Source: a bacterium (GTDB lineage: Bacteria > NPL-UPA2 > JAUVJM01). From it: a stretch of 64,000 nucleotides of DNA. Positions within the stretch are counted from its first letter, which is position 1. Every line of letters starts with the position of its first letter. The notes beneath the pieces were generated by a model, which worked only from the letters and a program-made list of their open reading frames with translations, made no database searches and was not told the origin of the DNA. Positions 20,058-28,422 of the stretch are shown piece by piece. Both the position numbers and the translations under genes were made by a program. The DNA lies in NCBI GenBank assembly GCA_030606215.1, contig JAUWGW010000005.1, positions 5,369 through 69,368 on the forward strand. Direction: 5' to 3'.

Positions 20058-21110
20058 ATGGGTGTAATTGATAAATACAGGGAATATTTACCGGTAAGCG
20101 ATAAGACTCCTGTTATCACTCTTCAGGAAGGTAACACTCCTCTTATAAAGGCGGAGAATTTAGCAGGTGAAATCGGGATAGATTCAGAAATTTTCCTCAA
20201 ATTTGAGGGGACGAATCCCACGGGTTCATTCAAGGATAGAGGTATGACCGTAGCTGTTTCAAAGGCAAAGGAAAAGGGCGCAAAAGCGATAATGTGCGCT
20301 TCCACCGGTAATACTTCTGCTTCAGCGGCTGCCTATGCCGCTCGCGGCGGGCTTGATTGTTTTGTTCTGGTCCCTTCGGGTAATATTGCACTCGGCAAAC
20401 TGTCTCAGGCTCTTATCTATGGTGCGAAAGTTATTGCAATTGAGGGAAACTTTGATGATGCTCTTACGCTTGTCAGAGAAATCACTTCTCGCTTCCCGAT
20501 AGTTCTTGTTAATTCTCTTAATCCGGATAGGATAGAAGGTCAGAAAACTGGTGCATTTGAGATATGCGACGAGCTCGGTGATGTTCCCGAATACCATTTC
20601 ATACCTGTGGGTAATGCGGGGAATATAACCGCTTACTGGAAAGGATACACGGAATATAAAGCAGCCGGCAAAATAACCAGTCTGCCAAAGATGCTTGGTT
20701 TCCAGGCTGAGGGAGCCGCTCCAATTGTGCGCGGCTTTCCGATAAAAAATCCGGAGACTATTGCTACTGCTATAAGAATTGGGAATCCCGCAAGCTGGAA
20801 GAAAGCTGAAGCAGCGGCTCAGGAGTCAGGCGGGTTGATTGATTATGTAAGCGATGAGGAGATACTGTCCGCTTACAGGAGCTTAGCTCATTTTGAAGGG
20901 ATATTTGTAGAACCTGCTTCTGCGGCATCAGTTGCTGGAGTTGTTAAGTTGAATAAAAAAGGTTACTTTGGAAATGGCAAAAAGCGTATTGTATGCGTCC
21001 TCACGGGGCATGGACTAAAAGACCCTGACAGGGCTGTGAAGATAGTTGGTGAACCTGCTGCAATCCCTGCAACAATGGAAGCAGTCCTTGAAGCAATGGG
21101 CATGTCATAA
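20058..21110 (+). CDS. thrC: Threonine synthase
   Basis: [41 protein letters not shown]. Confidence 0.97.
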   Translation: MGVIDKYREYLPVSDKTPVITLQEGNTPLIKAENLAGEIGIDSEIFLKFEGTNPTGSFKDRGMTVAVSKAKEKGAKAIMCASTGNTSASAAAYAARGGLDCFVLVPSGNIALGKLSQALIYGAKVIAIEGNFDDALTLVREITSRFPIVLVNSLNPDRIEGQKTGAFEICDELGDVPEYHFIPVGNAGNITAYWKGYTEYKAAGKITSLPKMLGFQAEGAAPIVRGFPIKNPETIATAIRIGNPASWKKAEAAAQESGGLIDYVSDEEILSAYRSLAHFEGIFVEPASAASVAGVVKLNKKGYFGNGKKRIVCVLTGHGLKDPDRAVKIVGEPAAIPATMEAVLEAMGMS

Positions 21111-21172
21111 AAACAACGGATTTATATTGATATCTCTTCTTATTAAGACATTTTCAAATTTGTAATAAAGAC

Positions 21173-21208
21173 TTGACATATATATGCTGTTATGTTAGTA
21201 TTACTAAC
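21173..21208 (+). promoter_or_regulatory. Promoter with palindromic operator for the vapBC-like pair
   Basis: TTGACA-17-TAGTAT (extended TG); perfect palindrome GTTAGTA-T-TACTAAC at 21194-21208 over the -10. Confidence 0.75.
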
Positions 21209-21213
21209 GGTGG

Positions 21214-21450
21214 ATGAAAATGAACGTTAAAACCCAGAATAAAAGAACGACACTGTACTTAAAAAATATGGAAGTTGGGTACTTAAAGAAGGTGAGCTCA
21301 ACTGAGGGCAAGTCAATGTCAGAATATATCCGGGAGCTGATAAAGAAAGATATGGGAAGAAGAGATAAATATACTTTGGGGGATTTAAAGAACCTGGTTT
21401 TTGCAAAAGATAAACATCCCGGGAAAGTAGACGAAATAATCTATGAGTGA
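21214..21450 (+). CDS. RHH antitoxin (VapB-like)
   Basis: KRTTLYL...GKSMSEYIRELI; overlaps the PIN gene. Confidence 0.8.
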   Translation: MKMNVKTQNKRTTLYLKNMEVGYLKKVSSTEGKSMSEYIRELIKKDMGRRDKYTLGDLKNLVFAKDKHPGKVDEIIYE

Positions 21451-21838
21451 TGCTTTATTTGTAGATACTGATGCTTTTTTAGCATATTTCTCTTCAAAAG
21501 ATCCTCACCACGAGAAAGCACGAAGTATAATAGACCAGGCAAAGGGGATCATAATTACCGATTACATTTATGACGAGATATTAACACTTGCCAGGAAAAG
21601 GTTAGGGATAAACCCTTCAATAGCAATCATGCGTCATATAAAACACAACAAGGACATTGAGATGATAGTAGTTACAGAAAAAGACAAAACCACGGCAGAG
21701 AAGGTCTTTGAAAAGTACGCAGACAAAGATTTCAGTTTTACCGATTGCACTACTTTTGCGGTAATACAACGCCTTGGGATTAAAAATATACTCAGTTTTG
21801 ATAAACATTTTCAGCAATATGGCATAGCTGTTTTATGA
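21443..21838 (+). CDS. vapC: PIN-domain toxin (VapC-like)
   Basis: FVDTDAF, DEILT, FSFTDC, SFDKHF acidic PIN residues. Confidence 0.9.
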   Translation: MSDALFVDTDAFLAYFSSKDPHHEKARSIIDQAKGIIITDYIYDEILTLARKRLGINPSIAIMRHIKHNKDIEMIVVTEKDKTTAEKVFEKYADKDFSFTDCTTFAVIQRLGIKNILSFDKHFQQYGIAVL

Positions 21839-21883
21839 AAACACAAAAACAGTCTTGAACAATAGATAAATGGAGGTTTTAAT

Positions 21884-22216
21884 ATGACAGCCGACGACAG
21901 TATCAAAGCACTAATTACAACTCTAGTGGAAAAGATTAAAACTGCTTATCATCCAGAAAAGATCATTCTCTTTGGTTCTTATGCTTATGGTACACCCAGT
22001 GAGGATAGCGATATTGATCTTCTGATCATCAAGGATACTCCTGATAGACCTATTGACCGAAGAGTTGTTGTAAGAAAGATTATTTCTGATCCCGGGCGGC
22101 GTGTTCCTTTTGAACTTATTGTGCTGACTCCAGAAGAAGTCCAGAATCGTCTTAAGATTGGCGATCAGTTCCTACAGGAAATAGTTGAAAATGGCGAGGT
22201 GCTGTATGCAGTCTGA
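21884..22216 (+). CDS. Minimal nucleotidyltransferase (MNT) antitoxin
   Basis: LFGSYAYG...SDIDLL (GSx10DxD). Confidence 0.9.
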   Translation: MTADDSIKALITTLVEKIKTAYHPEKIILFGSYAYGTPSEDSDIDLLIIKDTPDRPIDRRVVVRKIISDPGRRVPFELIVLTPEEVQNRLKIGDQFLQEIVENGEVLYAV

Positions 22217-22595
22217 AGAATCTCAGTATCCAGAAGACTGGTTTAGGATAGGGGACAAGGAATTAAAGAGGGCGAAAAACCTATTTGATTTAAATGATCT
22301 GGAGGGTGCAGGTTTTAATGTCCAACAGGCGGTTGAAAAATATCTTAAAGGTTATCTTCTCTCTAAAGGATGGAAGCTCCGGAAGACTCATGATTTGGAA
22401 CCTCTTCTGAACGAGGCTATTTCCCATGATCCCTCTTTTGGGGAATTTAGGTCTACTTGCTTGAAGATGACAGAGTATTATGTGGAAGAGAGATACCCAT
22501 TAACTGTTGTTTCAAAACTAACAGAAGAAGAACTAAGGGAGTCCCTGAGTACTGCTGAAGAACTTATTAATAAAATTAGGGAATTAGTTGAATAA
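22206..22595 (+). CDS. HEPN domain protein
   Basis: QQAVEKYLKGYL, KTHDL, ERYP; overlaps the MNT gene. Confidence 0.9.
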   Translation: MQSEESQYPEDWFRIGDKELKRAKNLFDLNDLEGAGFNVQQAVEKYLKGYLLSKGWKLRKTHDLEPLLNEAISHDPSFGEFRSTCLKMTEYYVEERYPLTVVSKLTEEELRESLSTAEELINKIRELVE

Positions 22596-22655
22596 GGGGA
22601 GTTTATCAATTTCGCCTCTGGACCACAAAGGCGAAATAGAGGGAAGATATAAACC

Positions 22656-22883
22656 ATGAGGTTAATAGTGACATTAGAGAGGGATGAGGATGGGATGTTA
22701 GTTGCGGAATGTCCTGCCATTCCTGGATGTGTCAGCCAAGGGAAAACTGAGCAGGAAGCGATAGAGAATATTAGGGATGCAATTGAGCAGTGTCTCGAGG
22801 TGCGCGCAGAACATGGGATGCCGCTTACTGTTGCAACGCGAGAAGTTGAGAACTCTAATTGCACGTGCTGGCTTGACTGTTGA
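22656..22883 (+). CDS. hicB: HicB family antitoxin with altered C-terminus
   Basis: AECPAIPGCVSQGKTEQEAIENIRDAI. Confidence 0.88.
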   Translation: MRLIVTLERDEDGMLVAECPAIPGCVSQGKTEQEAIENIRDAIEQCLEVRAEHGMPLTVATREVENSNCTCWLDC

Positions 22884-22911
22884 AGAGTTCTTAAATGCAG
22901 GGAAGAAGTAG
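22846..22911 (+). pseudogene. hicA: C-terminal remnant of HicA toxin
   Basis: Alternative frame reads LRTLIARAGLTVEEFLNAGKK*, the typical HicA C-terminal helix; no start or N-terminus. Confidence 0.75.
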
Positions 22912-22970
22912 AGACGAAAAGCAAGAATCCAGGGAAGTTAAGTATCCCCCAAAAAGGCTTTCTTCTTGAC

Positions 22971-23069
22971 CTTACCAAAATACGGAGGATGCAACAGTTG
23001 GTCAAGAAATACGCTAAAATATCCAATTTAGAGGCTTCCCCGCACACTTTGAGACATACCTGTAGTTGA
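22971..23069 (+). pseudogene. Tyrosine recombinase/integrase fragment
   Basis: Reads LTKIRRMQQLVKKYAKISNLEASPHTLRHTCS*, the XerC/D-like box II HxLRH. Confidence 0.75.
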
Positions 23070-23103
23070 AAGAGGAATTTTTGAAGTTATATAAAACCAT
23101 TCA

Positions 23104-24213
23104 CTAATTTTCACATCGTCGATTTTTTAATATCCATTCTTTCCAAAATGGATCTTCTATTCTAATTTTCTCCCCACTCTTTTTTGCTAATGTTCCCAAG
23201 ACTATTAATTTGCTTACCACGCTGCCAGAAGTGCTAGCTGACTTGATCCCGTATTTTCTTATAAATTCTTGTGAAGTGGGATTATAATTACCGGAAGCAA
23301 TACCTATAATGACTTTTCGTTCGGTATTGGTTAAGCTGTTCCACCATCTCGAGTAATCTGCATGATGCTCTGTTGTAATTTGGTCAACAGCCTTATTTAT
23401 TATCCCCTTTGTTAGAGTCTTCTTCTCGCTCAATATGTAGATTTCATGACACAATTGCTGGGTGTAATAGGGATGACAATCAGTAAATTTCAGAATGTCT
23501 TTTACAATTTCACGAGCATCTATTTTTTGTGAGGAAAATCTTTTTATGACAAAATCTGAAAATTCAGCATCGGGTATCTTGTGTAAGCTAATATGGCGGC
23601 CAAATTTATAGAAAGGATTCTTTTTGTTCTGGAATATTTCCCGGATCATGCTTTCTTGACTTCCGATAAAGACATATGTTATGTTTTGGTGGTATTGAAA
23701 TATCCCGCGCATTTTTCGTTCAAGCATAGGAGATATCCTGCGTATCTCTTGAAATTCATCAAAGACAATTACGATTTCTTTTTTAATGTTTTTAGCAATT
23801 GTCTCAGGAAGTTGGAAGCTGTCTAAAAGGAGTGTTGAGATGTTTCTCCTCTCTGTACTAAAAGATACTGAGATTTCATTCGTTTTTGGCTGAATCTGAA
23901 TATAGGGCTGTATCTTTAGACTCTTTAGGTAATTTTTTATTTTTTCAAACTTACTTAACGATAAGGCATTTCTAACATAGTAATTAGCCAAATCTACTTC
24001 GTCCGCAATCAACTCCATGTTAATCCTGAACCATTTCATCCCGCTGGCTTTCATTGCTTCATTCACAAGGCTGCTTTTACCGTAGCGGCGTGGACTCATA
24101 AGCACTATGTGTTGGCCTGCCTTTACCTCAGAGACTATCTCTTTTATTTCATTCTCTCGATTAGTGAAGTATTCTCCTGTTACTACATTACCAAATCTAA
24201 AGGGATTCATCAC
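23104..24213 (-). CDS. AAA+/STAND-like archaeal-type ATPase with probable C-terminal winged helix
   Basis: MNPFRFG, FTNRENE, Walker A PRRYGKS, Walker B VFDEFQEI, HPYYTQ, DPFW. Confidence 0.85.
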   Translation of the reverse strand: MMNPFRFGNVVTGEYFTNRENEIKEIVSEVKAGQHIVLMSPRRYGKSSLVNEAMKASGMKWFRINMELIADEVDLANYYVRNALSLSKFEKIKNYLKSLKIQPYIQIQPKTNEISVSFSTERRNISTLLLDSFQLPETIAKNIKKEIVIVFDEFQEIRRISPMLERKMRGIFQYHQNITYVFIGSQESMIREIFQNKKNPFYKFGRHISLHKIPDAEFSDFVIKRFSSQKIDAREIVKDILKFTDCHPYYTQQLCHEIYILSEKKTLTKGIINKAVDQITTEHHADYSRWWNSLTNTERKVIIGIASGNYNPTSQEFIRKYGIKSASTSGSVVSKLIVLGTLAKKSGEKIRIEDPFWKEWILKNRRCEN

Positions 24214-24231
24214 AAACCTCCAATTTTGTCA

Positions 24232-24286
24232 TTACGGTATTTTTCGTTACGAAAAATATCGTAACATATATTGCCAAGTTTGTCAA
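24232..24286 (-). promoter_or_regulatory. Promoter and palindromic operator of the ATPase gene
   Basis: Minus strand TTGACA (24286-24281)-17-TACGAT; 15-bp inverted repeat arms 24232-24246 and 24250-24264 with one mismatch. Confidence 0.7.
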
Positions 24287-24398
24287 TCCGTTTGCCTAAA
24301 ATAAATTTTTCTTGCCTTGGGAGGGGATTATTGGTAGGATTAAACAGTTGTGGTTTAATCGTGTATTTCCTTTCAAGTATTGGTCGGAGTCCAAGGTT

Positions 24399-25613
24399 AT
24401 GAAATATGCATTGCTTATTGGTGATGGGATGGCTGATAGACCGCTGAGTTTGCTTGGCGGCAGAACCCCGCTTCAGGTAGCAAGCACGCCAAATATGGAC
24501 GAAATTGCATCTCATGGTGTGCTTGGATTAATTAAAACAGTTTCAAAGAGAACAGGGAAAAGCAGCGATGTAGCAATTCTATCTATACTCGGGTATGCCC
24601 CTTCTAAATATTACACAGGACGCGGACCGCTTGAGGCGGCAAGCATGGGAATACATCTTAAAGAAGGGCAGGTTGCATTCCGATGTAATCTTGTCACGGT
24701 AGATGAAGGGTGTCTGGTTGACTATAGTGCGGGTCATATTTCTACAGAGGAAGCAAAGGTCCTGATAAAGTTCCTGAACAAGAAATTGAGGTGGAGCGGA
24801 ATAAAATTTCATGCAGGGGTGAGTTACAGGCATTTAGCTATTGTTGACTACTCAGAGGGAAGATTTTCCGGGTTTGATCCCGAATCCTTGAAGTGTAAAG
24901 CTCCGCATGATGTCATAAATCAGCCGCTTGAGAAAATTCTGCCGAGGGGGAGAGGAAGTAATATTTTTAAAGAGTTGGCGTATGAATCAAGGAGATTACT
25001 TGATGAACATGAGATTAATGTGGTGAGGAGAGAGCTTGGGGAAAATCCGGCGAATATGATATGGTTATGGGGACAGGGCAAAGAGCCTCGGTTACCTGCT
25101 TTCAGTATGAGCGGGGCGGTAATTTCGGCGGTAGATGTGGTTAAAGGTATCGGTCATTCTATCGGGCTCTCGGTGGTGAATGTGCCGGGGGCAACTGGTT
25201 ATTTTGATACAGACTACAATGCAAAGGCTGAATACGCTATTAATGCATTGAAAGAATATGACTTTGTTCTGGTTCATGTTGAGTCACCTGATGAAGCAGG
25301 TCATATAGGAGATGTGCGTGCAAAGATTTCGGCTATTGAGAATTTTGATAGCAAAGTTGTTGGCCCTGTTTTATCATATGTAAAGGGACAGGCGAATTAT
25401 AGAGCCTGCGTTCTCCCTGACCACGCAACGCCTGTTGAGTTGAGGACGCATGTGGATGATATGGTTCCTTTTGCTATCTGTGGCAAGGGTATAGTTAGAA
25501 GGTCAGGGTTAACATTTGATGAGGTGTCAGCAAAAGAAAGCGGTATTAGAATTCCTTCAGGACATAAATTAATGGGACATTTTCTTGAAGGAGATTTTAG
25601 CGGATGGCTGTAA
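24399..25613 (+). CDS. apgM: Cofactor-independent phosphoglycerate mutase, ApgM family (proposed homoserine kinase subfamily)
   Basis: IGDGMAD, TPNMD, YTGRGPLEAA, HVESPDEAGH, LPDHATP. Confidence 0.9.
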   Translation: MKYALLIGDGMADRPLSLLGGRTPLQVASTPNMDEIASHGVLGLIKTVSKRTGKSSDVAILSILGYAPSKYYTGRGPLEAASMGIHLKEGQVAFRCNLVTVDEGCLVDYSAGHISTEEAKVLIKFLNKKLRWSGIKFHAGVSYRHLAIVDYSEGRFSGFDPESLKCKAPHDVINQPLEKILPRGRGSNIFKELAYESRRLLDEHEINVVRRELGENPANMIWLWGQGKEPRLPAFSMSGAVISAVDVVKGIGHSIGLSVVNVPGATGYFDTDYNAKAEYAINALKEYDFVLVHVESPDEAGHIGDVRAKISAIENFDSKVVGPVLSYVKGQANYRACVLPDHATPVELRTHVDDMVPFAICGKGIVRRSGLTFDEVSAKESGIRIPSGHKLMGHFLEGDFSGWL

Positions 25614-26848
25614 TTGTTCAAAAATATGGCGGGAGTTCTGTTAGCAGCCCCGAAAGAATAAGAACTGTCGCAAGGCGCGTTATTGAGGCAAGGAAAGTGG
25701 GTTATGATACTGTCGTTGTGGTATCTGCTATTGGCGGCACTACTGACGAGCTGGTAAAACTTGCATACCAGGTTACAGATTCTCCTTCAGAGCGTGAGAT
25801 AGACGTTCTCATCTCTACCGGCGAGCAGGTTTCGGTTGCGCTTCTTGCAATGGCTGTTCACTCTCTCGGGTATGAGGCAATATCTTTCACAGGGTCACAA
25901 ACTGGAATTGTTACAGATAGCGCTCATACACGAGCGAGAATTATGAAGATAGAGCCGGAAAAGATCAAAAATGAATTATCTCTCGGCAAGATTGTTATTG
26001 TTGCGGGATTCCAGGGGACAACACAAGACTCTGAAATCACAACTCTCGGGAGAGGTGCTTCAGACCTTACAGCAATTGCTCTCGGCGCGGTTCTTAAGGC
26101 GGAGGTAGTTGAAATTTACACTGATGTTGATGGAGTCTATACAGCAGACCCTAAAGTTGCAAAAGATGCTCGTAAACTTCCTGTTATTTCATACGATGAG
26201 ATGCTTGAGATGGCAAGTCTCGGTGCGCAGGTTATGCAATCGCGGGCTGTAGAGTTTGCAAAAAAATTTAATGTGCCTGTCCATGTCAGGTCAAGTTTTT
26301 CTAAGGATGCGGGGACTCTAATCAGGGAGGAGGCAAAGTCCATGGAAAAAATTGTAGTGCGGGGAGTGACAGCAAACAAAAGTGAGGCGAAAGTCAGTTT
26401 GCTTGGAGTTCCAGACCGTCCGGGTATTGCGGCTCTCATTTTTAAGCGGTTAGCAGATGATGATATCAATATTGATATGATTGTTCAGAATGTTAGTGAA
26501 GTAGGAAAGTCTGATATATCGTTCACTATAGAGGGAAGCGACCTTAAGAGAACAGTTGCAGTTGCTGAAAAGGTCGCAAAAGATATTGGCGCAAGGGAAG
26601 TGAGTTCGGATGAAAACATTGCGAAAGTGTCAATAGTTGGGCTTGGTATGCGAAGCCACTCTGGAATAGCGGCAAAAATGTTTTCTGCACTTGCTGGTGA
26701 AAATATTAATATTGAAATGATAAGCACATCAGAAATCAAGATATCCTGTATCATAAGAAAAAAGTTGGCTGATAAAGCTGTAAAGGCACTACATGCCAAG
26801 TTTGGATTGGGGAAACAAAGGAAAGCAAGGAGAAAAAAGAAAAAATGA
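25604..26848 (+). CDS. lysC: Aspartate kinase
   Basis: [27 protein letters not shown], two ACT domains, ISTSEIKIS. Confidence 0.97.
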   Translation: MAVIVQKYGGSSVSSPERIRTVARRVIEARKVGYDTVVVVSAIGGTTDELVKLAYQVTDSPSEREIDVLISTGEQVSVALLAMAVHSLGYEAISFTGSQTGIVTDSAHTRARIMKIEPEKIKNELSLGKIVIVAGFQGTTQDSEITTLGRGASDLTAIALGAVLKAEVVEIYTDVDGVYTADPKVAKDARKLPVISYDEMLEMASLGAQVMQSRAVEFAKKFNVPVHVRSSFSKDAGTLIREEAKSMEKIVVRGVTANKSEAKVSLLGVPDRPGIAALIFKRLADDDINIDMIVQNVSEVGKSDISFTIEGSDLKRTVAVAEKVAKDIGAREVSSDENIAKVSIVGLGMRSHSGIAAKMFSALAGENINIEMISTSEIKISCIIRKKLADKAVKALHAKFGLGKQRKARRKKKK

Positions 26849-28422
26849 AAGCAGTTAGCCGCGATTACGGCGTAAAAATCTATGATACCACTCTTCGTGA
26901 TGGTTCTCAAGGGGAAGGGATTTCTTTCTCAGCTAAGGAGAAAATAGCAATAACGCAGAAACTTGATGAGCTGGGAGTTCATTTTATTGAAGGGGGAAAT
27001 CCGGGTTCCAACCCAAAGGATATTGAGTATTTTAAAGCTGTGCGCAAGCTCAAACTTAAGAATGCAAAGGTGTGCGCATTCGGAAGCACAAGAAGAAGTA
27101 ATAAAACAGCTAAAACTGACCCCGGACTGAAACTTCTTCTCTCTGGTGGTACAGATGTAGTGACTATTTTTGGGAAGAGCTGGGTGCTTCATGTGCGGGA
27201 TGTGTTGAAAGTTACACTTAAAAAGAATCTTGATATGATAGCCAGCACCGTAGAATATATAAAGTCTAAGGGGCGAGAAGTCATATACGATGCAGAACAT
27301 TTCTTTGACGGGTTTAAGGATAATCCTGAGTATGCAATGAAAACTATCAAAGCAGCTGAAGGGGCAGGAGCTAACTGGATAGTCCTCTGCGATACAAATG
27401 GTGGAAGCCTGCCTGCCTGGATTGTGGAAGTGGTTGAGAAGGTGCATCAGGAGATAAAAGTTCCACTCGGGATACATACGCACAATGATTCAGGGATGGC
27501 AGTTGCAAATTCAATTGTAGCCGTGATGAGCGGCGCAAAGCAAGTGCATGGGACAATTAATGGATATGGAGAGAGATGTGGGAACGCAGATCTATGCTGT
27601 ATCATCCCGATTTTAAAATGGAAAATGAATATTAATTGTATAACCGATAAACAGTCAAGAAGACTTGTGGAAGTTTCCCGGTATGTAAGTGAGCTCGCCA
27701 ATGTAGTTCCGAGGGACGAGCAGCCCTTTGTGGGAAACAGCGCATTTGCGCACAAGGGAGGGATGCATGTTGATGCAGTTATGAAAAGTGCGAGAAGTTT
27801 TGAACATATAAAGCCGGAGCTTCTTGGAAATGAAAGAAGGATACTGGTTTCAGAACTTTCCGGGCGGGCAAATGTTCTTTTAAAAGCGGAAGAATACCGC
27901 CTTGGTCTCAGCAAGGATTCACGAGAAACAGGGGAAATTGTTAAAAAAGTCAAGGAACTTGAACATCAGGGTTACCAGTTTGAAGCTGCTGATGCTTCGC
28001 TTCGGCTCCTTATGAAGAAGGTGGTCGGTATTCACAGGAGATTTTTTGATTTGCAGGGATTCAGGGTTAGTGTTGAGAGAAGAGGAGATGAGATTGTTTC
28101 AACTGCGACAATAAAGCTAAAAGTTAAGGGCGTGGAAGAACATACAGCGGCAGAAGGTGACGGGCCTGTCAATGCGCTTGATAATGCTTTGAGGAAAGCT
28201 CTGGGCCGCTTTTATCCAGATATAAATGAGATGCGTCTGACAGATTTTAAAGTGAGGGTGCTGGACGCTGAAGCAGGGACGGCGGCAAAAGTGAGAGTTC
28301 TGATAGAATCGCAGGACCACAGGGACACATGGCGGACGATAGGCGTCTCAGAAAATATAATTGAAGCGAGCTGGCAAGCACTTGTTGACAGCGTTGAATA
28401 TAAGTTGATGAAGGATGGTTAA
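26845..28422 (+). CDS. cimA: Citramalate synthase
   Basis: [47 protein letters not shown]. Confidence 0.93.
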   Translation: MKAVSRDYGVKIYDTTLRDGSQGEGISFSAKEKIAITQKLDELGVHFIEGGNPGSNPKDIEYFKAVRKLKLKNAKVCAFGSTRRSNKTAKTDPGLKLLLSGGTDVVTIFGKSWVLHVRDVLKVTLKKNLDMIASTVEYIKSKGREVIYDAEHFFDGFKDNPEYAMKTIKAAEGAGANWIVLCDTNGGSLPAWIVEVVEKVHQEIKVPLGIHTHNDSGMAVANSIVAVMSGAKQVHGTINGYGERCGNADLCCIIPILKWKMNINCITDKQSRRLVEVSRYVSELANVVPRDEQPFVGNSAFAHKGGMHVDAVMKSARSFEHIKPELLGNERRILVSELSGRANVLLKAEEYRLGLSKDSRETGEIVKKVKELEHQGYQFEAADASLRLLMKKVVGIHRRFFDLQGFRVSVERRGDEIVSTATIKLKVKGVEEHTAAEGDGPVNALDNALRKALGRFYPDINEMRLTDFKVRVLDAEAGTAAKVRVLIESQDHRDTWRTIGVSENIIEASWQALVDSVEYKLMKDG

